Below, piece by piece: positions 41,696 through 48,072 of a stretch of DNA of 48,072 nucleotides. This DNA is from an uncultured Pseudomonadales bacterium. GTDB taxonomy: Bacteria > Patescibacteriota > Microgenomatia > UBA1400 > MFAQ01. The notes beneath the pieces were generated by a model. It made no database searches. It worked only from the letters and a program-made list of their open reading frames with translations, and was not told where the DNA came from. A program made the position numbers and the translations under genes. The stretch's first letter is position 1. Each line of letters opens with the position of its first letter. Location of the stretch: the NCBI GenBank assembly GCA_964528565.1, contig CAZGSP010000061.1, positions 1-48,072 on the forward strand, given 5' to 3'.

Positions 41696-44600
41696 TTACC
41701 AGCCGCGAAGGGTTTTTTCCACTTGTTTTTCCAATACAGGGGTGTAATCTACCCTATAAGGAAGAGTAATTTTCTTAAGATTGTTACCGGACTCTATTGC
41801 CACTACTATTTCATGATCCCCGGGGTGGTCTTTGAGAAGGTCGCTAATTTCCTGCATAAGCTTTTTTGGCGTGCCGGATTTAATAAAGATCTCATGAATC
41901 ATGTCCCTCGGCGTCTTTTTGGTGTCGATCACGGTGGCGGAGTCGACGACGATCTGGAGTTTGTCTTCCCGGTTATCCACCCTTCCCTTAACGATAAGCG
42001 GGGAGTCTTCATGCCATAACTCAGGATTCTCGGCATAAAGCTGTGGGAAGACGATACAGTCGATGGTGCCGGTATCGTCCTGAAGCGAGACGAACGCCAT
42101 CTTGGAGTTACTTTTCTTGGTATTGACCAGTTTTTCCCGACAGACAACTCCGGCCAAGGTTACGGTTTGGTTGAGATGAAGAGTTGGATCCAGGTGGGAA
42201 ATCTTGTGGCTGATCAGGTCCGAGACGATCCTGACAATTTTTTTGACCGGGTTGTCCGACAGATAGAAACCCAACAGCTCTTTTTCGTTTTTTAGCTTAT
42301 CTTCCAGAGGCATTTCGGGAATGTTGGGAAGACGGTCGGAAAGATCGTCCACACCCGACGAGCCAAAAAGGCTCACCTGACTCTCGCCTTTCTTTTTTTG
42401 CATTTTTACCGAGTTGTCCCGAATTACCGGAAGAGCGGCCAGGAGCTGGGCCCGGTTACCGAAACGATCAAGGGCCCCGGCTTTGATCAGTGATTCCGCC
42501 ACTCTCTTGTTTACCTTTTGAAGATCCACTTTCTTCAGAAATTCGGTAAATGAACCGAATAAACTATCGCGTCTCGCTTCCAGTATGGCCGCAATAGCCG
42601 AGGTGCCGACATTTTTAATGGCCGACAAACCAAACCGGATGGCTTTTCCGGAGCCTCTGGCTCTACCTTCGGGGAGCCATTGGTCTTCCGGTAGGTCAAT
42701 GACGGTGAAGTCGGTAAGTGACTCGTTGACATCCGGAGGCATGACCTTGATGCCAAGCTTTTCGCACTCCGAGATAGCTTGAACTATCTTGTCCGTATCT
42801 CCCGCTTCGACAGACATGAGGGCGGTCATATACTCCACGGGATAGTGGGATTTAATGTAGGCTGTCCAGTAAGCGACGATACCGTATGAAGCGGCGTGAG
42901 CTTTGTTGAAACCATAGGCGGCAAAAGTTTCAATTTGCTTAAATAACTCTTCGGCTTTTTCTCTTGGGATGCCGGAGTGTGTCACACAACCATCTACAAA
43001 CTTGGAGTGCTGGGCCTCCATCTCCGAGACTATTTTCTTACCAATGGCCTTTCGGAATTTATCGGCTTCTTCCCAGTTGTAACCCGCCAACTCAATAGCC
43101 ATGAGAAGAACATCGTCCTGGTAGGTAATGATCCCGTACGACTGGTCCAGAATTTTTTCCAGTCCGGGAACGAAGTAGGAAATTTTTTCGGGAGAGTGTT
43201 TCCGGATAATATATTCGGGAATACTACCCATGGGTCCCGGACGATAAAGCGCCACCATGGCCATGACATCCTCAATTCTTTCGGGTTTCAAATCGATCAA
43301 GTACTTGGTCATGCCACCACCGGCCAGTTGGAAAACGCCAAACGTTTCTCCCCTCGCCAACATTTCAAAGGTTTCTTTGTCGTCCAAAGGAATTTTTTTA
43401 ATATTGATCTCTACTTTATCCAGTATTCTGACCAGTTTGACGGCGTTAGCGAGAATTGTAAGGTTGGCTATACCCAAGATATCAAGCTTGATCAGACCGA
43501 CATCTTCACAAGCATGCATTTCGTACTGGGTAATTACCCGGTCTCCACCACCGGTTTCTTGCTGAAGGGGGGTAAACTTAACAAGACTATCGGGACCGAC
43601 AATGACGGCGGCGGCATGAACAGAGATGTGCCGGGCATTGCCCTCCACTTTTTGAGCCATGTCCAAGAGACGTTTGACTTCCGGATCGTTGTCTTTCATT
43701 TTTTGAAGTTCGGGGGTTGTCTCTAGAGCCTTCTTCAGGGTCATGGGGAACCCCTGACTGCCCTCCGGGATGGTCTTGGATATCTTATCCACCTTGGAGT
43801 ACGGCATGCCCATTACCCGCCCGATATCCCGGACGGCGGCTCTCGCTTTCATAGTACCGAAAGTACAGATCTGACCAACTTTCTCCTGGCCATAGGTGTC
43901 GGCGAGATAATGGATCAAGGCGTCGCGATGAATATCGGCTACGTCGAGGTCAATATCCGGCGGTGAAGGGCGGAAAGGATTTAAAAAACGTTCAAAAGGT
44001 AACCGGAAGTATAAAGGATCAACCGTGGTGATCCCGACACAGTAGGAGACAAGGGATCCGGCGGCGGAGCCTCTGGTGTTGGTATAAATACCCGAGTCGT
44101 TGGCAAAATTGACGATGCCGGACTCGAGTAAAAAGTAAGGAGAGTAGCCCTTTTTCTCAATGACACCCAGCTCGTAATTTAGTCTCTCTTCTTGCTCTTT
44201 GTTGACGGAACCGAAAATTTCTTTACAGCCGTCGTAAGCCTTTTGCCGAAGAACCTCTCCGGCCGTTTTTCCGGAAGGAAGGTTTAATTTCGGAAAATAC
44301 CACTCTCCCAGTTTGATAGACACGTCGCAACGATCGGCGATTTTTTGTGTGTTTTCGAGAGCATCGGGAAGATCCCGAAACTCCGAGGCCATTTCCTCCG
44401 GACTCTTGAGGTAAAAATCCGGAGTGTCCACGTAACGCATGCGGTTGGTATCCTCCAGCATTTTACCGGTCTGGACACAGACCAAAGCATCTTGAGCGGC
44501 GGCATCTTCCTGATTTATATAGTGTGAGTCGTTGGTGGCGATAAGAGGAATCCCCAACTCTCTGGAAAGTTTGATGAGACCTTCTTCGCCTTTTAGCTCG

Positions 44601-45199
44601 TTTTGATACAAAGCGAGCAGTTTTGGTTTGATCTCTGCCGGAACCGAGGGATGGAGGGCGTATCGGTCATAGTGGTGGCGTTGAAGTTCGATAAAGATAT
44701 TTTCCGACCCGAATATTTGCTCGTATTCCCGTAGTTCTTTTTTGGCCGACTCCAGCCCCTCTTCGATCAGTAATTTTTGCACTCTTCCGGCCGGACAAGC
44801 CGTCGTGCAGATAAGACCGGAGTGATATTTGGCAAGGGTTTCTTTGTCGACGCGGGGCCGGTAATAGAAGCCTTCGGTCTGACCGATCGTCACGATCTTC
44901 ATTAAGTTTTGATAGCCTTCATAGTTTTCGGCCAACAAGATCAGGTGATTGGCGTCCATCTTGGTCTTGTCGAAGCGGGAAGATTTGGCTAAATATATTT
45001 CACAGCCAATGATGGGTTTAATTTCTTCTTTGGTGGTTTTTTTATAGAACTCGATCGCCCCATACATCGAGCCGTGATCGGTAATGGCGAGAGCGTTTTG
45101 ACCAAACTCTTTGGTCTTGGTGACGAGTTTACCGATCTTACTTAACCCATCCAAAAGGGAGAATTCCGTATGAACATGAAGATGGGTAAACTTTGGCAT
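41696..45199 (-). CDS. dnaE: DNA polymerase III alpha subunit
   Basis: It has the PHP domain FTHLHVHTEFSLLDG, a polymerase core and an OB-fold region. It is 1167 aa with no obvious intein. Confidence 0.95.
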   Translation of the reverse strand: MPKFTHLHVHTEFSLLDGLSKIGKLVTKTKEFGQNALAITDHGSMYGAIEFYKKTTKEEIKPIIGCEIYLAKSSRFDKTKMDANHLILLAENYEGYQNLMKIVTIGQTEGFYYRPRVDKETLAKYHSGLICTTACPAGRVQKLLIEEGLESAKKELREYEQIFGSENIFIELQRHHYDRYALHPSVPAEIKPKLLALYQNELKGEEGLIKLSRELGIPLIATNDSHYINQEDAAAQDALVCVQTGKMLEDTNRMRYVDTPDFYLKSPEEMASEFRDLPDALENTQKIADRCDVSIKLGEWYFPKLNLPSGKTAGEVLRQKAYDGCKEIFGSVNKEQEERLNYELGVIEKKGYSPYFLLESGIVNFANDSGIYTNTRGSAAGSLVSYCVGITTVDPLYFRLPFERFLNPFRPSPPDIDLDVADIHRDALIHYLADTYGQEKVGQICTFGTMKARAAVRDIGRVMGMPYSKVDKISKTIPEGSQGFPMTLKKALETTPELQKMKDNDPEVKRLLDMAQKVEGNARHISVHAAAVIVGPDSLVKFTPLQQETGGGDRVITQYEMHACEDVGLIKLDILGIANLTILANAVKLVRILDKVEINIKKIPLDDKETFEMLARGETFGVFQLAGGGMTKYLIDLKPERIEDVMAMVALYRPGPMGSIPEYIIRKHSPEKISYFVPGLEKILDQSYGIITYQDDVLLMAIELAGYNWEEADKFRKAIGKKIVSEMEAQHSKFVDGCVTHSGIPREKAEELFKQIETFAAYGFNKAHAASYGIVAYWTAYIKSHYPVEYMTALMSVEAGDTDKIVQAISECEKLGIKVMPPDVNESLTDFTVIDLPEDQWLPEGRARGSGKAIRFGLSAIKNVGTSAIAAILEARRDSLFGSFTEFLKKVDLQKVNKRVAESLIKAGALDRFGNRAQLLAALPVIRDNSVKMQKKKGESQVSLFGSSGVDDLSDRLPNIPEMPLEDKLKNEKELLGFYLSDNPVKKIVRIVSDLISHKISHLDPTLHLNQTVTLAGVVCREKLVNTKKSNSKMAFVSLQDDTGTIDCIVFPQLYAENPELWHEDSPLIVKGRVDNREDKLQIVVDSATVIDTKKTPRDMIHEIFIKSGTPKKLMQEISDLLKDHPGDHEIVVAIESGNNLKKITLPYRVDYTPVLEKQVEKTLRGW

Positions 45200-45233
45200 A
45201 ACTGATTTATCATACGGGAGTCTTTGGGTCTTG

Positions 45234-45863
45234 TCACCTCAGTTTTCTGAATCCCCAGTAATAAGTGGTAACACTATAATCATCCACCACTTGATTTAGT
45301 CGGGCTACTCTATATGGTAGATTAAAGCCCGTTTTTTCCCAGGTAACAATATTTTTATGTTCGTCGTGACCTAAGGCCAAAAATGAGTGCCACTGGGTTT
45401 TTTCGCCGTCAATATTTCCCAGTACTTCATTTACATGAACCACGCAAGGGAAGCCTACCGACTCGATTGCTTGTGCAACTTGGTATGCATTTGTTAGTTC
45501 AAAATATTCAGCATCATAGAACGCCTTAGGGTTCTCGGGTGGTTCGTAGCCTAACGGCTGGCCACTTTCAAGACTGGCGATAGCTCCATGACAGTCCCAT
45601 TGAATTATGTGTTGCAGACTCCCTTGGTACTTCGGACTGTATCCGCTTCGCTTATGCCAATCATAATACCAAGGATCGTTCTTGTGGTAAGGATCCATAT
45701 CCCTTTCGGCTCTAGCCTGGAGGAGCAGAGAGACACGAATTATTTTTCTTTGTCTAGGGGTGAGTAGGGAAAAACCCTCGGTCGCCTCCAGGATAGCCAA
45801 GTCCCGTTTGATCTTCTCTCTTTCAGCTTCCTGCGCTTCGTTTTGATAAGAATATTTTTCCAT
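45234..45863 (-). CDS. Hypothetical protein (209 aa)
   Basis: The ORF lies between dnaE and gatB. It contains QWDCHGAI and QWHSFLALGHDE, which could form a Cys/His catalytic pair, but no family was recognised. Confidence 0.5.
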   Translation of the reverse strand: MEKYSYQNEAQEAEREKIKRDLAILEATEGFSLLTPRQRKIIRVSLLLQARAERDMDPYHKNDPWYYDWHKRSGYSPKYQGSLQHIIQWDCHGAIASLESGQPLGYEPPENPKAFYDAEYFELTNAYQVAQAIESVGFPCVVHVNEVLGNIDGEKTQWHSFLALGHDEHKNIVTWEKTGFNLPYRVARLNQVVDDYSVTTYYWGFRKLR

Positions 45864-45919
45864 ATTTCTGCCTATAGTATACTATATATACGAGCTTCCT
45901 TACTATGGATAACCGGAGA

Positions 45920-47233
45920 TTATTTACTTAGTAGTTCTGTAACCAGATCGCTGAGGGTTTTGGGGTCGGCGGAGCCTTTGGTGGCTTTCATGGCTTGCCC
46001 GACAAAAAAACCGGCCACATTGGTCTTGCCTTTTTTGTACTCGATCACCACGCCGGGATTTTCTTCGATTATTTTCCTAACCACTTTTTCCAGCTCTCCC
46101 CTATCGGTTACCCCAATTTTGGTGAGCTTTTGATACTGTGATTTGATATCCCCGGAGATGTCCAATTTTCCGTTAACGATCAAACTGGCCAATTTTTTGG
46201 CCTCCATATCGAGAGCATGATCTTTGATCAATTGGATGGCTGTGCGGTTTCCGGCACTGACCAGTACCTTGGCATCTCTCTTATCCACACCCAGTTGCTC
46301 CAGGGACGAAATTTCCTGATCCGGTAACGTGGGTAATTCGCGGCGTAATTTTTCGACCAGATCATCTTCAATAATAAAGGGAGGAATGTCGGGTTCCGGG
46401 AAATACCGGTAATCCTTGGCTTCTTCTTTGGAGCGCTGGAGGAAGGTAATTTTTTTAACGGAGTCGTAACCGCGGGTAGTTTTGTTGGCGGAAGTCTTTT
46501 CGATACCGGTCTTTTCGAACTCCTCCGTCTGCCTTTTGATCTCGAACTCGATCGCCTGAACGGCAAAATTGAAAGAGTTAATGTTTTTAATTTCCGCCAT
46601 GGGGGTGAAGTGCGTGCCGGTCTCGTTTTCGATACAAACGTTGACGGTGGGCTCGAGGCGCATCTGACCTTTTTCCATATCGGCACTGGAGACCCCAATA
46701 GTTTTAATTATTTCGTGAATTTTCTTTAAATATTCCTTGGCCTCGGAACTGGAGGACATGTCGGGCTTGGAAACAATTTCGACCAGTGGTACGCCACAGC
46801 GGTTAAAGTCCACCAAGGTAACCTTTTTCCCATCGAGAGCGGTGTGCTGTAATTTCCCGGTATCTTCTTCCTGGTGAACTCTTTCAATACCGATCTTTTT
46901 CCCAGAATCAAGAGTAACGTAACCCTCGGAACAAAAAGGCTGATCGTACTGACTGATCTGATAGCCCTTGGCCAGATCGGGATAAAAGTATTGTTTACGG
47001 TCAAATTTGGAGAGGCGGTTGACGGAGCAGTTTAGGGCCAGGCCGATTTTCAAACAGGACTCGATGGCTTTTTTATTGGGAACCGGAAGTGCTCCGGGTA
47101 GTCCCAGACAAACCGGACAAGTTTGGGTGTTGGGAAGTTTTCCAAAATGATCCGCCGGACAACCACAAAACATTTTGGACTTTGTCTCCAACTCTACATG
47201 AACTTCCAAACCGATTAAAGGTGTAATTTTCAT
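45920..47233 (-). CDS. gatB: Aspartyl/glutamyl-tRNA amidotransferase subunit B
   Basis: It has IGLEVHVELETKSKMFCGC, GLPGALP and a C-terminal GatB/YqeY domain. It is 437 aa. Confidence 0.95.
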   Translation of the reverse strand: MKITPLIGLEVHVELETKSKMFCGCPADHFGKLPNTQTCPVCLGLPGALPVPNKKAIESCLKIGLALNCSVNRLSKFDRKQYFYPDLAKGYQISQYDQPFCSEGYVTLDSGKKIGIERVHQEEDTGKLQHTALDGKKVTLVDFNRCGVPLVEIVSKPDMSSSSEAKEYLKKIHEIIKTIGVSSADMEKGQMRLEPTVNVCIENETGTHFTPMAEIKNINSFNFAVQAIEFEIKRQTEEFEKTGIEKTSANKTTRGYDSVKKITFLQRSKEEAKDYRYFPEPDIPPFIIEDDLVEKLRRELPTLPDQEISSLEQLGVDKRDAKVLVSAGNRTAIQLIKDHALDMEAKKLASLIVNGKLDISGDIKSQYQKLTKIGVTDRGELEKVVRKIIEENPGVVIEYKKGKTNVAGFFVGQAMKATKGSADPKTLSDLVTELLSK

Positions 47234-48072
47234 AGTTTTTTTTCAATATCCGGGAACTTTTGAAAATTGGTATTTCTTTGATAGCAATCGGCGATGGTAA
47301 GGGCTTTGGTTTCCTCCAGCTGGGCACAGGTAATTTGCAAACCGATCGGAAGGCCGTCAACAAAGCCACAGGGAAGCCCGACGCTGGTCAGCCCCGCGAT
47401 AGAACTCTGCTCAACCAAGATATCCTCGAGTTCCCCGAACATTGGCTGACCTTTGGTGGCGCCCAACGGAAGAGCCGGTCCGGGTGAGACCGCACCAATG
47501 ACCGCGTCGTAGGTTTTAAATATTTCGTCCAGCTGATCGATCATTTTGGTTCTAACGGCTTCCGCTTTTTTGTAGTAGGCATCGTAGTAGCCGGCAGAGA
47601 GAGTATAGGTTCCTAACAAGATCCTCCGCTTGGTCTCCGGGCAAAAGGCGTCTCGGGTGTGACCGTAACGGATACCGTCAAAACGGGCGAGATTCGAACT
47701 GATCTCGGAACGGGATATTACGGTGTAAGTGCCGATCGCATATTTTGGATCCATAAGGGACACTTCTTCAACCGTAGCGCCGAGAGACCGTAATTTTTCG
47801 GCTGCATCCAAAACGAGTTGTTTGACATCGTCTCTCATAGTGGGCAGTAAATATTCTTTGACCAAACCAATTTTTATCCCCTTCAGGTCGCTTTTATTCA
47901 AATGATCCCGGTACTTTTCCACCGGTGTCGGTGAGGTGGTAGCGTCGCAAGCATCTTTACCAAAGATGACTTCGGCAACAAGGGCACAGTCTTTGACCGA
48001 CCGGGCAATGGGGCCGGGCTGATCGGTGGAGCTCGCCATGGCAATGACGCCATACCGGCTGGCCCGACCGTA
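47230..48072 (-). CDS. gatA: Glutamyl-tRNA amidotransferase subunit A (C-terminal part; gene continues past the window end)
   Basis: The reading frame stays open to the window edge. It reads YGRASRYGVIAMASSTDQPGPIARSVKDCA..., which is the amidase signature region. It has an ATGA overlap with gatB. Confidence 0.9.
   Translation of the reverse strand, partial: YGRASRYGVIAMASSTDQPGPIARSVKDCALVAEVIFGKDACDATTSPTPVEKYRDHLNKSDLKGIKIGLVKEYLLPTMRDDVKQLVLDAAEKLRSLGATVEEVSLMDPKYAIGTYTVISRSEISSNLARFDGIRYGHTRDAFCPETKRRILLGTYTLSAGYYDAYYKKAEAVRTKMIDQLDEIFKTYDAVIGAVSPGPALPLGATKGQPMFGELEDILVEQSSIAGLTSVGLPCGFVDGLPIGLQITCAQLEETKALTIADCYQRNTNFQKFPDIEKKL

Noticed and set aside
42977-43726. Long antisense or shadow ORFs inside well-supported genes. 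Examples are 42977..43726 within dnaE, 14767..15225 within the P-type ATPase, 1099..1578 within rsmI, 30233..30832 within the thermonuclease gene and 46228..46698 within gatB.
   Set aside because: Each lies entirely within a gene with strong family motifs on the other strand or frame. Their translations are low-complexity or Ser/Arg/Pro-rich, with no motifs. They are typical shadow ORFs.
1-48072. Alternative genetic code (UGA recoding, as in some candidate phyla)
   Set aside because: TGA terminates many ORFs exactly at ATGA stop-start overlaps (eno/gpmI, ruvA/ruvB, gatA/gatB, element genes). All conserved proteins have normal lengths with the standard code.

Overview
This is a compact bacterial chromosome segment that uses the standard genetic code. 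TGA is used as a stop codon, and many ATGA/TAATG stop-start overlaps are present. Genes are densely packed. Several promoters sit so close to the start codon that the transcripts look leaderless. The gene content is consistent with a small-genome, possibly Patescibacteria/CPR-like organism, but that is only an inference. Features include a short holA, an extended L19, surface-anchored hydrolases, and a glycolytic operon with PEP synthase.

Layout:
- 1-21.3 kb is housekeeping: lexA, rsmI, a gpmI-eno-ppsA-SIS isomerase-PMM operon, a second divergent PMM/PGM, pncB, a P-type ATPase, a DEAD-box helicase, holA, a secreted glycosidase-like protein and ruvCAB.
- 21.2-21.55 kb holds tRNA-Lys(UUU) and tRNA-Glu(UUC), separated by an odd spacer that carries tRNA T-arm fragments.
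- About 21.5-37.3 kb (possibly up to about 39 kb) is a visibly more AT-rich integrated element. It starts with a large serine recombinase whose ORF runs antisense into tRNA-Glu.
- The element carries a divergent regulatory switch, an excisionase-type HTH gene, many small zinc-ribbon proteins and a replication-initiator-like gene with a lambda-O-style iteron origin embedded in its own coding sequence.
- It also carries a secreted thermonuclease-Excalibur / acidic protein / YHYH cargo operon, and a block of large unrecognisable proteins (417 aa coiled-coil, 1175 aa with a Lys-rich tail).
- I could not recognise any capsid, terminase, portal, tail or conjugation gene.
- 37.3-40.4 kb holds a SAM methyltransferase, an unknown protein, a small P-loop ATPase and a membrane-anchored double-HKD phospholipase-D-like protein.
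- 40.4-48.07 kb is housekeeping again: an NrtR-like Nudix-wHTH protein, rplS, dnaE, an unknown protein, gatB and a partial gatA.

No CRISPR array and no rRNA gene were seen. All functional calls rest on motifs read directly from the translations. No database search was possible.
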